DNA of 64,000 nt from Candidatus Latescibacterota bacterium (lineage in GTDB: Bacteria > Latescibacterota > UBA2968 > GCA-2709665). The notes beneath the pieces are model-generated. The model was not told the DNA's origin. It did not search any database and was given only the letters and a program-made list of their open reading frames with translations. The position numbers and the translations under genes are program-made. Position 1 is the first letter of the stretch; every line of letters begins with the position of its first letter. Where the stretch lies: NCBI GenBank assembly GCA_965237675.1, contig OZ250150.1:3744001-3808000 (forward strand), written 5' to 3'. This document shows, piece by piece, positions 38,528 through 48,594 of this stretch.

Positions 38528-39727
38528 ATGGCAGAGATTTCACGGGGGGCGGCCGCGGTTGCGGTGGAACGGCCAGGACTGCCGCCGGTTGCGGAAACGG
38601 GGGACGATAACTTAAACAGCGAGTTGATGACAATCAATATGGGACCCCAGCATCCAAGCACGCACGGGGTGCTGCGTTTGGAGATCAAGACCGACGGAGA
38701 GATTGTTGAGGAGGCAAAACCCCATATTGGTTATCTTCATCGTTGCTTTGAGAAACACGCCGAGAATCTGCCGTATCAGCAGGTGATACCGTTTACGGAT
38801 CGAATGGATTACCTCGCGGCGATGAACAACAATATGGGGTACGTACTGGCCGTTGAGAAACTCCTGGGACTCGAGATTCCGGAGCGAGTGGAGTATATCC
38901 GGATCATTATGTGCGAGTTGAACCGGATTGCCAGCCACCTGGTTTCCTTTGGGACCTACGGAATGGATATTGGGGCGTTTACGCCCTTTTTGTTTGCCTT
39001 CCGGGAGCGGGAAGATATTTTCGACCTGTTTGAAATGACGTGCGGGGCCCGGATGTTGTACAATTACATCTGGGTGGGCGGAGTTTCCCACGACCTGCCG
39101 CCGGGTTTCGTGGAACGCTGCCGGCATTTCCTGGGCGCGTTCAAGGGCAAAGTGAAAGAGTATAACGACCTGCTGACGTACAATAAAATTTTCATTGAAC
39201 GCACCGCCAACGTTGGTGTGTTGTCGCGCGAGTTGGCGTACAGTCACAACATTACCGGACCGAATCTGCGCGGTTGCGGGGTGCAATGGGACCTGCGTCG
39301 GGACGAACCGTATTCAATTTACGACCGTTTCGAATTTGACGTGCCCTGCGGCAAAGGGGAGATGGGGACCCTGGGGGATTGCTGGGATCGCTACATCGTG
39401 CGGATTCGTGAGATGGAGGAAAGCGCCAGGATTGTGTCTCAGGCGCTCGATCAGTTGCCCGAAGGGGGAGACGTACAGGCGGCGGTCCCCAGAAACGTGC
39501 GGCCACCGAAAGACACGGAGTGTTATGTTCGAAGTGAAAATCCCAGGGGCGAACTGGGAATATACGTGATCAGCGACGGTTCCAACGTGCCGTACCGGGT
39601 GCGCGTGAAATCGCCCTGTTTTACCGTGATGAGTGTTTTTGACGAACTCGCCAGGGGCCATTATCTGGCCGATATCATTGCAATTATCGGGAGCATCGAT
39701 ATCGTACTGGGCGAGATCGACCGTTAG
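38528..39727 (+). CDS. nuoD: NADH-quinone oxidoreductase subunit D
   Basis: NMGPQHPSTHGVLRL, GYLHRCFEK, ELNRIASHL, ENPRGELG, DIVLGEIDR; no NiFe-binding CxxC motifs. Confidence 0.96.
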   Translation: MAEISRGAAAVAVERPGLPPVAETGDDNLNSELMTINMGPQHPSTHGVLRLEIKTDGEIVEEAKPHIGYLHRCFEKHAENLPYQQVIPFTDRMDYLAAMNNNMGYVLAVEKLLGLEIPERVEYIRIIMCELNRIASHLVSFGTYGMDIGAFTPFLFAFREREDIFDLFEMTCGARMLYNYIWVGGVSHDLPPGFVERCRHFLGAFKGKVKEYNDLLTYNKIFIERTANVGVLSRELAYSHNITGPNLRGCGVQWDLRRDEPYSIYDRFEFDVPCGKGEMGTLGDCWDRYIVRIREMEESARIVSQALDQLPEGGDVQAAVPRNVRPPKDTECYVRSENPRGELGIYVISDGSNVPYRVRVKSPCFTVMSVFDELARGHYLADIIAIIGSIDIVLGEIDR

Positions 39728-39748
39728 GTGTGGTCCGAGGAGTACCTT

Positions 39749-40921
39749 ATGCCCGAGTTTGCGGAGGCTCTTGTAAATCAGGTTGGTTTTTTGAGTGCTG
39801 TGCCGATCGGTCTGGTGTCCCTTGCGTTGGGTCTGCTCGCCGGGATCGTGGTTGTTACGCTCGTTGCCGTGCTGGGCCTGATTATGGTGTATATGGAAAT
39901 GAAGATATCGGCCCATATCCAGGACCGATTGGGGCCGATGCGTACCGGCGGGTGGCACGGCTGGGCTCAGCCGCTTGCCGACGGTGTCAAGCTCCTGTTG
40001 AAGGAGGACATCATTCCGGCGGCGGCAGATAAATGGCTCTTCATTCTCGCGCCCCTTCTGGTTTTTTCCGGCGCTCTCGCTGTCTTCGTGTGTATCCCGT
40101 TCGGCGGCAACCTGATCGTGAGCAATCTGGACATTGGTATTTTTTATATTCTGGCCATTTCGTCGTTGGGAGTACTGGGCATTCTCATGGCCGGGTGGGC
40201 GTCCAATAACAAGTGGTCTCTCCTCGGCGCCATGCGTTCGGCCGCACAGGTGGTGAGCTATGAAATCCCGGTGGCCATGGCTTTTTTAAGTGTAATCCCG
40301 CTTGTGGGTTCCCTGAGCATGCAGGACCTGGTCGCCGCGCAGTCCGGGTCGTTGTATCACTGGTTCGTTTTTCGAAATCCATTTACGTTTCTTGCATTCA
40401 TCCTTTACTTTATCGCCTCTCTCGCAGAGGTCAACCGGACCCCGTTCGATATACCCGAGGCCGAATCCGAACTGGTGGCGGGATATCACACCGAATACAG
40501 CGGCATGCGCTTCTCGTTCTTTTTCGTGGCGGAATACGCGGCGATGGTTGGCGTGAGTATGGTTGGCGCGGTTGTATTTCTGGGTGGCTGGCAGGCGCCC
40601 TGGGGTGGTTCGTTTCCGGCTGGTCCCATCTGGATGATCGGCAAGGGCCTCTTCCTGGTGGCGGTGCAGATCTGGATTCGATGGACGCTTCCCCGGTTGC
40701 GCGTCGATCAGTTGATGTTCGTGGGCTGGAAGGTACTGACGCCGGCGGCGTTTCTGTGTCTGCTCGGGTCGGTCGTATGGCACTTCGCCGCTCCAGGATG
40801 GCTGCAGGAACTCGCGAAGGTTGGATTGATGGGCGTGATGGCCGTTGTTCTTATCTTCCTGTTGCGGTCCGCCGCTCAGGGATTGATGCAGGGGCGGACA
40901 CAGCGGGCCCGGGCAGCATGA
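39749..40921 (+). CDS. nuoH: NADH-quinone oxidoreductase subunit H
   Basis: [56 protein letters not shown]. Confidence 0.96.
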   Translation: MPEFAEALVNQVGFLSAVPIGLVSLALGLLAGIVVVTLVAVLGLIMVYMEMKISAHIQDRLGPMRTGGWHGWAQPLADGVKLLLKEDIIPAAADKWLFILAPLLVFSGALAVFVCIPFGGNLIVSNLDIGIFYILAISSLGVLGILMAGWASNNKWSLLGAMRSAAQVVSYEIPVAMAFLSVIPLVGSLSMQDLVAAQSGSLYHWFVFRNPFTFLAFILYFIASLAEVNRTPFDIPEAESELVAGYHTEYSGMRFSFFFVAEYAAMVGVSMVGAVVFLGGWQAPWGGSFPAGPIWMIGKGLFLVAVQIWIRWTLPRLRVDQLMFVGWKVLTPAAFLCLLGSVVWHFAAPGWLQELAKVGLMGVMAVVLIFLLRSAAQGLMQGRTQRARAA

Positions 40922-40993
40922 TTCGCGGGCCAATTGCGTACGTATTCGAGCCATAGTCAGGATCAACTGGACGACTCCTCCAAAGGTGGTGCT

Positions 40994-41482
40994 ATGGGAT
41001 CGTATTTCAGAAATCTCTTTCAGTCGGCTTCTTCCATCTGGGTGGGCCTGAATATCACATTGAAGCACATGTTTACGCCTTCGATTACCCTGCAGTACCC
41101 GGAAGAGCGCTGGCAGATGCCGGAACGGTCGCGCAACCAGTTATTCAACGATATCGACGATTGTATCGGTTGCGATCAGTGCGCACGAGCCTGTCCGGTG
41201 GATTGCATTTATATCGAATGTGAAAAAGCCGGTCCGGACGAGGATCTGGGCCTGACGTCCATGGGAACAAAGAAGCGGCTCAAGGTTCTGCGTTTTGATA
41301 TCGACATGGGGCTTTGCTGTTATTGTGGTCTTTGTACGTATCCCTGCCCCACCGAATGTCTGATTATGACCCCCGATTACGAGTCGTCCGTCTACGATCG
41401 GACGGATCTGATCTACCGTTACGCCCGTCCCTGGGACTACGAACAAAAGCCCGCTGTCGCGGAGTCGGCGGAGCGTCAATAG
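40994..41482 (+). CDS. nuoI: NADH-quinone oxidoreductase subunit I (2x[4Fe-4S])
   Basis: TLQYPEE, CIGCDQCARACP and CCYCGLCTYPCP. Confidence 0.95.
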   Translation: MGSYFRNLFQSASSIWVGLNITLKHMFTPSITLQYPEERWQMPERSRNQLFNDIDDCIGCDQCARACPVDCIYIECEKAGPDEDLGLTSMGTKKRLKVLRFDIDMGLCCYCGLCTYPCPTECLIMTPDYESSVYDRTDLIYRYARPWDYEQKPAVAESAERQ

Positions 41483-41588
41483 ACTGCGGCGGCCCCGTCA
41501 TTTCAAGGCGCCGGGAACATGGGAGCCAGCCTTGCAGACGAAGGCGGTCGTCTATTGATGGCCCGGGGCTTCCGGAAATGGTTGTTAT

Positions 41589-42107
41589 ATGGAACTCTCG
41601 ACGATCGTGTTTTACCTGTTTGCCGCCGTGACCGTGGGCTCGGCGGCAGCAGTCGTGTTTGTGAGCCGGCTGATTTATGCAGTATTTGCCCTGCTGTTTA
41701 CGTTTTTCGGTGTTGCCGGTCTGTACGTCTTTCTCGATGCCGATTTCCTGGCGGGCGCGCAGGTATTGATCTATGTCGGAGGCATCCTGATTCTGTTGCT
41801 CTTCGGTGTGATGTTGACCAACCGGATCTACGATTTGAATTTGCTGGCCGAACGGGTGCAGTTTCTGCCCAGCGTGGTTGTTGTCGGCGCCGGTTTCGCG
41901 CTGCTGGTTATGGTGATCGTGAAAACGTCCTGGCCGCTTTCCGAGGGTCCCGCGCCGGCTTCCAGTACAGCGGAGATCGGCAAGTCGCTGATGACAACTT
42001 ACGTCCTGCCGTTCGAGGTGGCCGGAATGCTGTTGCTGGCGGCCCTGCTCGGGGCTTCGATGCTGGCCGGAAAGGGGAAGGGGGAGGAGGAGGAGGGGGA
42101 CTCATGA
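41589..42107 (+). CDS. nuoJ: NADH-quinone oxidoreductase subunit J
   Basis: AQVLIYVGGILILLLFGVML, YVLPFEVAG. Confidence 0.94.
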   Translation: MELSTIVFYLFAAVTVGSAAAVVFVSRLIYAVFALLFTFFGVAGLYVFLDADFLAGAQVLIYVGGILILLLFGVMLTNRIYDLNLLAERVQFLPSVVVVGAGFALLVMVIVKTSWPLSEGPAPASSTAEIGKSLMTTYVLPFEVAGMLLLAALLGASMLAGKGKGEEEEGDS

Positions 42108-42409
42108 TTGGATTGGAGCACTATCTGGTCGTGGGGGCCATTCTTTTCTGCCTCGGTATTCTGGCGGTTGCCACGCGCCGCAACGCGATCAGCATTCTGA
42201 TGGGGGTGGAACTCATACTGAATGCCGCGAATCTGAATCTTGTCGCGTTTGCGCGGTTCTCCGATTCGGGATTGGAGGGGCAGGTTTTCGCCGTTTTCGT
42301 CATTGTCCTCGCGGCGGCGGAAGCGGCGGTTGCGCTGGCGATCGTTTTGAATATCTACCGCAATTATCAGATGGTCAACATCGACAGACTGGACTCTTTG
42401 AGCGGATGA
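42104..42409 (+). CDS. nuoK: NADH-quinone oxidoreductase subunit K
   Basis: RRNAISILMGVELILNAANLNLV, LAAAEAAVALAI; ATGA overlap with nuoJ. Confidence 0.95.
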   Translation: MIGLEHYLVVGAILFCLGILAVATRRNAISILMGVELILNAANLNLVAFARFSDSGLEGQVFAVFVIVLAAAEAAVALAIVLNIYRNYQMVNIDRLDSLSG

Positions 42410-44505
42410 CGTCCCCGGGGGAGTCAATGCCCGTAGATCTGCTGCTAATCCCTTTGCTGCCGCTTGCGGCCTTTGTCGTACAGACCTTCGTGGGACGGCG
42501 CCTGCCGCGTGGGGGCGATTGGGTACCCCTGGCGGCTATTGCCATTGCGTTTCTCCTTTCTCTCCGGTATTTCATCCAGGCGCTTTCGGCGTACGATCCG
42601 GGCTGGCGCCTCGAGCTCGATACGTGGGTCTGGCTGGATTTGAGCGCCGCGAAGATTACCGTTGGCCTGCTGGTCGACAATATAACTGCCGTCATGTTGA
42701 TGGTTGTAACGGTGGTGAGTGGGCTGGTGCACCTGTATTCGGTAGGTTATATGCACGGAGATCCGCGTTATTCCAGGTTTTTCGGGTTTCTGGCGATTTT
42801 TTCGTTTTCGATGCTGGGTCTGGTTCTGGTTGACAACTTCCTGCTGCTTTACGTGTTCTGGGAACTCGTAGGGCTCTCTTCCTATCTGCTGATCGGATTC
42901 TGGTACGAAAAACCGTCGGCGGCAGCGGCATGTAAGAAAGCATTTCTGGTGAACCGTGTGGGCGACCTCGGCTTTTTCATAGGTATTATGATCGTGTTCT
43001 GGAAGGTCGGCGCTTTCGACTTCGCAAGTGTTTACGACGGGGTAGCCAGCGGGCGGCTCAGCGGGGGACTGCTGACGGTTGCGGGCCTGTGTCTGTTCTG
43101 CGGCGCGGTGGGCAAGTCGGCGCAGTTTCCACTGCATGTGTGGCTGCCCGACGCCATGGAAGGTCCGACGCCCGTCAGCGCGCTGATCCACGCCGCCACC
43201 ATGGTTGCGGCCGGTGTGTATATGGTAACGAGGATGTTCCCGATCCTGACGCCCGACGCGTTGTTGGTGATCGCTTACATTGGCGGGATCACGGCAATTC
43301 TGGGTGCAACCATCGCCGTGGCCCAGTACGACATCAAGCGCGTTCTGGCTTATTCGACCATCAGCCAGCTGGGATATATGATGATGGGGTTGGGCGTAGG
43401 CGCATATGTTGCGGGGTTCTTTCACCTGATGACGCACGCGGCTTTCAAGGCATGCCTCTTCCTTGGGTCGGGCAGTGTGATCCACGCTGTTCAGCATGCG
43501 TTCCACCGGACACACAACGACAACGATCCGCAGGACATGCGAAATATGGGCGGCCTCCGGGCGAAAATGCCGTTGACGTTCTGGACGTTTCTTATTGCGA
43601 CCGTAGCCCTGGCTGGCGTACCGTTTACCTCCGGATTTCTCAGCAAAGACGCAATTCTGGCCGGGGCGCTGGGTTTTGGAGGCTTCTCCCGTCCGGCCCA
43701 TTTCCTGCTGCCCCTGTTCGGATTTGCCGCTGCCGGACTAACCGCCTTTTATATGTTCCGGTTGATCTTTCTCACGTTTTATGGAAAGCCGAGGGACAAG
43801 GCCCTGGTCGAAAACGCCCACGAGTCCCCCCGTGTGATGACCGTTCCGCTGATTGTGCTGGCGGTGCTGAGTATCTGGATCTTCTATACCTGGAATCCGC
43901 TGGGCGGCGAGGGCTGGTTTCACCATCTCGTCAAGCTGCCTGAAGCGGGGCTGCTCGCGGCCAACGGCGAAGCGTTGCCGAATGGAACCGAGGTTGAGGT
44001 TAGTGCGGCCGGTTCGAATAACGACGCCGCGCACGCGGCGCACTACCCGGCGATGATCCTGTCTTTACTGGTTGCCGGCGCGGGCATCTATACGGCCTAT
44101 CGTCTTTACTACAATCGGCGGGAGGAAATGATCGCGTTGGAGGAGGCATCGCTTCAGTCGGGTGGGTTCTTCCGCACGTTGAACCGGAAGTGGTATTTCG
44201 ACGAAATATACGAAGCCAGTTTTGTCCGCGCCGTAGTGGTCGGGCGAACGGCGTTGAACTGGTTCGACGCTCACATTGTGGACGGTCTCGTGAATCTGTC
44301 GGCCACGGTGACGCGGGGTATTTCTTTCATCGATCGATTGTTTGATGAATGGGTGGTCGATGGGCTCGTGAACGCCGTTGCAGGGGTGATCGGGTGGGCC
44401 GGCGCGGGGCTGAGACGCATTCAGACGGGCCGCCTTCAGACCTATGTTGTTCTGGTGATGGCGGGCATCCTGGTTCTGATGGTGATCCGATTGATGGTTG
44501 CCTGA
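42406..44505 (+). CDS. nuoL: NADH-quinone oxidoreductase subunit L
   Basis: GKSAQFPLHVWLPDAMEGPTPVSALIHAATMV, HLMTHAAFKA, C-terminal amphipathic helix ending IQTGRLQTY. The start is 42406 or 42427. Confidence 0.96.
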   Translation: MTSPGESMPVDLLLIPLLPLAAFVVQTFVGRRLPRGGDWVPLAAIAIAFLLSLRYFIQALSAYDPGWRLELDTWVWLDLSAAKITVGLLVDNITAVMLMVVTVVSGLVHLYSVGYMHGDPRYSRFFGFLAIFSFSMLGLVLVDNFLLLYVFWELVGLSSYLLIGFWYEKPSAAAACKKAFLVNRVGDLGFFIGIMIVFWKVGAFDFASVYDGVASGRLSGGLLTVAGLCLFCGAVGKSAQFPLHVWLPDAMEGPTPVSALIHAATMVAAGVYMVTRMFPILTPDALLVIAYIGGITAILGATIAVAQYDIKRVLAYSTISQLGYMMMGLGVGAYVAGFFHLMTHAAFKACLFLGSGSVIHAVQHAFHRTHNDNDPQDMRNMGGLRAKMPLTFWTFLIATVALAGVPFTSGFLSKDAILAGALGFGGFSRPAHFLLPLFGFAAAGLTAFYMFRLIFLTFYGKPRDKALVENAHESPRVMTVPLIVLAVLSIWIFYTWNPLGGEGWFHHLVKLPEAGLLAANGEALPNGTEVEVSAAGSNNDAAHAAHYPAMILSLLVAGAGIYTAYRLYYNRREEMIALEEASLQSGGFFRTLNRKWYFDEIYEASFVRAVVVGRTALNWFDAHIVDGLVNLSATVTRGISFIDRLFDEWVVDGLVNAVAGVIGWAGAGLRRIQTGRLQTYVVLVMAGILVLMVIRLMVA

Positions 44506-44802
44506 AATCCCTGAATTGATTCGATGGGTATTACAGGTTTTTCCATTTCGAGGGTTTCGGAATGCGCGGTGCCGTCGGTAAACACGGAGAGAATGCGGAA
44601 ATCGGCATGTCCCCGATCGAGAATCCTGACGTCGCCCGAGGCGAAACGCCTACCACGACCCGGCGCGTGAGACGGTTCGAAACGCGCCCACCTCGCTGCG
44701 CCGCATCCCGGCCGCGAACAGGAGTCCGGCAATTGGGACAAGGCGGACCGGTCTGCCGTCCGTCATTTGCGTTGCGACATTGTTGAGGGAGGTAGCCGAC
44801 AG

Positions 44803-46380
44803 ATGGCTCAATGGATTCTAACGTTTTTAACGTTTATTCCAGTTCTGGGTGCGGTGGTGATTCTGCTGATGCCGGGCAGGGCGGTCGATGCGATCCGCAG
44901 GGTTGCGCTGGCTGCAACCGGTCTCTGCCTTCTGCTGGCGATCTGGTTGTTTCAGGATTTCAATCGGTCCGTGCCCGATATGCAATACGAAGTGCGGCTA
45001 CCCTGGATCGAGTCGTTCAACATCCACTATTATATGGGCATAGACGGCCTGAGCGTTTCGATGGTCCTGTTGACGGCGCTGCTGGGTTTCCTGTGCGTTC
45101 CCGCCTCCTGGTCCATCAACCGTGGCGTGAAGGGATATTTCGCACTGTTTCTGCTGCTTGAGACCGGCATGCAGGGTGTGTTCGTGTCCCTTGATTTCTT
45201 TCTGTTCTACGTGTTCTGGGAAGTGATGCTGTTGCCGATGTATTTCCTGATCGGGATCTGGGGAGGTCCTCGAAAGGAGTATGCCGCCATTAAGTTCTTC
45301 CTGTTTACATTGGCGGGGAGCGTATTGTTATTGCTGGCGATGTTGGCGCTTTACTTCAATGTAACCGATCCGGATACGGGGAAACATACGTTCAATATGC
45401 TGGTGATGATGGACCAGGCCAACCACTCCGATTGGCTGCGGGCCGGGATGATTTTCGGTTACTCGGCTCCAGTAATGATCTGGTTTGCCATGTTTATCGG
45501 TTTCGCCATAAAGGTGCCCCTGTTTCCATTCCACACCTGGCTTCCCGACGCGCATGTCGAAGCGCCTACGGCCATCAGTGTGATTCTGGCCGGCGTGCTG
45601 CTTAAAATGGGCACTTACGGTATTTTGAGGTTCAATTACCCTATGTTGCCCGACGTGACACGCGATTTCAGCTATTTTCTGGCCGTGATCGGGGTCATTA
45701 ACATCATCTATGGCGCACTTGTTGCAATGGCGCAGACCGATTTGAAGAAATTGGTGGCGTACTCCAGTATCAGTCATATGGGTTTTGTGATGCTTGGCAT
45801 GTCGTCGTTTACGCCCCACGGAATCAACGGGGCGGTATTTCAGATGTTCAACCACGGCACCATCACGGCGATGTTGTTTCTTCTGGTGGGCGTCATTTAC
45901 GACCGAGCCCACCACCGGTATATTGTCTATCCCAATGATTACGAAGATCCGGATTTGCGTGGAAAACTGGGATTTGGCGGATTATGGTCGCACATGCCGG
46001 TATACGGCAGTCTGACGATGGTGGCTTATTTTGCCGCATTGGGGTTGCCGGGGCTTTCAGGGTTTATCAGCGAAGCGCTATGTTTCCTGGGTGCCTTCCA
46101 GGTCCATCGCACGATGACAATCCTGGGCACGTTGGGGGTGCTTCTGGGTGCGGCATACATGCTCTGGGCCTTTCAGCGTCTGTTCATGGGGCCGTTTAAC
46201 GAAAGGTGGCGGGACCTGCCCGAGATTAACGGTCGCGAGATCTTCTGCCTGGCGCCGCTGGCGGTCATTGTCATCGTTCTGGGCATTTATCCCGCGCCCG
46301 TGCTGGACCTGCTGGCGCAGTCTCTCGGAGAACTCGTAAAGGATCTTAACGGGCCGGTTATGTCCGCGTTACAGCGATAA
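44803..46380 (+). CDS. nuoM: NADH-quinone oxidoreductase subunit M
   Basis: FYVFWEVMLLP, KVPLFPFHTWLPDAHVEAPT, LKMGTYG, AYSSISHMG; GGAGG RBS. Confidence 0.96.
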   Translation: MAQWILTFLTFIPVLGAVVILLMPGRAVDAIRRVALAATGLCLLLAIWLFQDFNRSVPDMQYEVRLPWIESFNIHYYMGIDGLSVSMVLLTALLGFLCVPASWSINRGVKGYFALFLLLETGMQGVFVSLDFFLFYVFWEVMLLPMYFLIGIWGGPRKEYAAIKFFLFTLAGSVLLLLAMLALYFNVTDPDTGKHTFNMLVMMDQANHSDWLRAGMIFGYSAPVMIWFAMFIGFAIKVPLFPFHTWLPDAHVEAPTAISVILAGVLLKMGTYGILRFNYPMLPDVTRDFSYFLAVIGVINIIYGALVAMAQTDLKKLVAYSSISHMGFVMLGMSSFTPHGINGAVFQMFNHGTITAMLFLLVGVIYDRAHHRYIVYPNDYEDPDLRGKLGFGGLWSHMPVYGSLTMVAYFAALGLPGLSGFISEALCFLGAFQVHRTMTILGTLGVLLGAAYMLWAFQRLFMGPFNERWRDLPEINGREIFCLAPLAVIVIVLGIYPAPVLDLLAQSLGELVKDLNGPVMSALQR

Positions 46381-46454
46381 ACGCGAGATAGACAGTCCGA
46401 TTCTGCCGGGCTTCAACGCGATTCGGGCCCATCACCGATGGGAGGAACGACCTT

Positions 46455-47984
46455 TTGGCCGAGGCCATTGGAAACGCGGTCGCAGTGAATCTTGACAGCC
46501 TGCAATATGTCTGGCCGGAGATCATCATCACGGCTGCAATTTTAGGTATTGTGACCGTCGATTTGATCCTGACCGGAAAGAAGAAGGCATTGTTGACGGG
46601 CATCTCGCTTCTGGTGCTTGTGGCATGCCTGTTTTCGATCGCCGGATTGTACGATGAGCCGCCCAGGTCGTTGTTCATGGGCATGATCGCCTTGGATGGT
46701 TTTGCCCTGTTCTTCAAACTTCTGATTGTGATCGCAACCCTCGTGGTCACCCTGTTCGGTTTGCAGTCGCGGGACATCGACGCGGACCGCATCGGTGAAT
46801 TCTACGCGCTCTTTCTTTCGGTCGCATTGGGCGGCTTTTTGATGGCGGGCGCGACGAATTTGTTGATGATGTACCTTGCGCTTGAACTGGTCAGCCTGCC
46901 GTCCTTTGTGCTTGCGGGCTATCAAAAACGGGTCCGGCGATCCAACGAGGCTGCGCTGAAATATGTGGTATACGGCGGGGTGTCTTCCGGCATCATGCTG
47001 TATGGATTTTCCTTGATCTACGGATTGACGGGGACGCTGGACATCTACGGGATTGCGGCCCGCCTGGGGACCACCGCGCCGTACGAAATGACGTTGTTTC
47101 TTGGTGCGACGCTCGCGATGGCAGGCTTTGGCTACAAGGTGGCTTCGGTTCCATTTCATTTCTGGTGTCCTGACGTCTACGAGGGTGCGCCTACACCCGT
47201 GACGGCGTTCTTATCGGTCGCACCCAAGGCGGTCGGTTTCGCCATGCTGGCGCGGTTCTTCTATGTGGGCTTATCCGCCTACGATGGCACTTCGGGTACG
47301 GGTACCACGTTGGGTGTGGCGTGGCCGCAGTTGCTTGCCCTCATTTCGGCCTTTACGATGACGCTGGGCAATCTGACGGCCATCTGGCAGCGCAATCTGA
47401 AAAGGCTGCTGGCGTACTCCAGCATTGCCCACGCGGGATATATGATGATGGGCGTGGTGATGTTGTCGGCAGCGGGATTGAAAGCGGTGATGTTTTATAC
47501 GGGCGCGTATTTGTTTATGAATCTGGGTGCCTTTCTGGTTGTTTTGCTGCTGGCCGAGCGGATCGACAGTGAGGATATTAAAGATTACAGGGGTCTGGGG
47601 TGGCGGTCGCCATGGATTGCGTTGGCGATGTCTGCGTTTCTCTTTTCACTCACTGGATTGCCGCCCACGGCCGGGTTTGTAGGAAAGGTGTATCTGTTTG
47701 CCGCCGTGGTCGATGGTGGGCTCTACTGGTTGGCGGTGGTGGGTGCGTTGAACAGTGCCGTTTCTTTGTATTATTATGCAAGGGTCGTTCGGGCCATGTA
47801 CATGGAGAAGCCGCATTCCGAAACAAGGATCGTCATTCCCCCGTTCGCCACCGCCACCCTGGCGGTGTTGTTTGCCGGCACGGTGCTGTTTGGCGTCTAT
47901 TGGGCACCGCTGGCCGATTTGGCCGAAACGTCTACCGCGATCTTTTTAAACGGAAATGGAGCAGTTCAGGCGTTGATGCGGTAA
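46455..47984 (+). CDS. nuoN: NADH-quinone oxidoreductase subunit N
   Basis: EAALKY, PFHFWCPDVYEGAPTP, KRLLAYSSIAHAGY, GLPPTAGFVGK; GGAGG upstream of the TTG start. Confidence 0.95.
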   Translation: MAEAIGNAVAVNLDSLQYVWPEIIITAAILGIVTVDLILTGKKKALLTGISLLVLVACLFSIAGLYDEPPRSLFMGMIALDGFALFFKLLIVIATLVVTLFGLQSRDIDADRIGEFYALFLSVALGGFLMAGATNLLMMYLALELVSLPSFVLAGYQKRVRRSNEAALKYVVYGGVSSGIMLYGFSLIYGLTGTLDIYGIAARLGTTAPYEMTLFLGATLAMAGFGYKVASVPFHFWCPDVYEGAPTPVTAFLSVAPKAVGFAMLARFFYVGLSAYDGTSGTGTTLGVAWPQLLALISAFTMTLGNLTAIWQRNLKRLLAYSSIAHAGYMMMGVVMLSAAGLKAVMFYTGAYLFMNLGAFLVVLLLAERIDSEDIKDYRGLGWRSPWIALAMSAFLFSLTGLPPTAGFVGKVYLFAAVVDGGLYWLAVVGALNSAVSLYYYARVVRAMYMEKPHSETRIVIPPFATATLAVLFAGTVLFGVYWAPLADLAETSTAIFLNGNGAVQALMR

Positions 47985-48069
47985 ACGCAAGTACGGATCT
48001 GGCGGAAGGTACCAAATTGCGCAGATTGCGTGAGACTCGATACGGAAAGGTTGTTTCAGGGTAGACATT

Positions 48070-48106
48070 AAGAAGGCCCCGCGGTGTTGCATCGCGGGGC
48101 CTTCTT
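48070..48106. terminator. Hairpin terminator between convergent nuoN and the PqqD-like gene
   Basis: AAGAAGGCCCCGCG...CGCGGGGCCTTCTT, a 14-bp perfect inverted repeat. Confidence 0.75.
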
Positions 48107-48129
48107 CGGTTGGGACGCGGACTCGGTAC

Positions 48130-48555
48130 TTATCCCCAGGCTTTCCCGCTGGCACTTCTTTTCCTCTTGCGCAGATCGCTTTTCTCGACGAGAAATCCGA
48201 GCAGATTTTTGCGGCCCAGCGTTCTAAGGTAGCTCAATAGGGAGATTTCAGCTTCCTTTGCGTTAAGTTTGTGGGATTCGCACAGGCATTTTATCATGGC
48301 AGCAACCGTTGTACGCCCGTCGCACATCCCCCAAACCTGAGAACCAATCTCATCCAGTACCAGCGTTCGTTTCTCGGGCACCCAGAAGATTTTGGAAAGT
48401 ATTTTCACTTTGGTGGTGTCCGCACGTTTCAGCGTGATGGTCACTTCGTCGTCTTTGTTCGTTTTCCATTCCAACTGGTTGTTCCGTGTCGGTTTGGAAT
48501 TGAACATCGCTTCCCGGCTGATTTTGGGCTGCCGTTTTAGTGAAAACAAGGACAT
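48130..48555 (-). CDS. PqqD-family / RiPP-recognition-element-like protein
   Basis: RTLVLDEIGSQVWGMCDGRTTVAAMI...EAEISLLSYLRTLGRKNLL matches the PqqD winged-helix pattern; AGGA RBS. Confidence 0.78.
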   Translation of the reverse strand: MSLFSLKRQPKISREAMFNSKPTRNNQLEWKTNKDDEVTITLKRADTTKVKILSKIFWVPEKRTLVLDEIGSQVWGMCDGRTTVAAMIKCLCESHKLNAKEAEISLLSYLRTLGRKNLLGFLVEKSDLRKRKRSASGKAWG

Positions 48556-48594
48556 GACGCTTCCTGCGGTGTGAGGGAACGGACGGACCGACCG

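Noticed and set aside
38528-39727. Group 4 NiFe-hydrogenase large subunit
   Set aside because: There are no CxxC Ni-binding motifs, and the quinone-site motifs are typical of NuoD.
42071-42100. G/A-rich run as a G-quadruplex or phase-variable tract
   Set aside because: It encodes GKGEEEEG at the end of nuoJ and doubles as the Shine-Dalgarno sequence for nuoK.
41519-42103. Long N-terminal extension on NuoK (296-aa ORF)
   Set aside because: It is an alternative frame overlapping nuoJ; the real nuoK begins at ATG 42104.
42445-43701. Long antisense or alternate-frame ORFs (this one, and 50939-51898, 52185-53261, 20076-21026 and others)
   Set aside because: They are shadow ORFs opposite well-supported genes, as expected from high-GC codon bias.
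44560-44700. Cobalamin riboswitch or tRNA in the nuoL-nuoM spacer (contains GGTGCC and GGTTCGAAA)
   Set aside because: There is no B12 box or cloverleaf, only isolated short motif matches.
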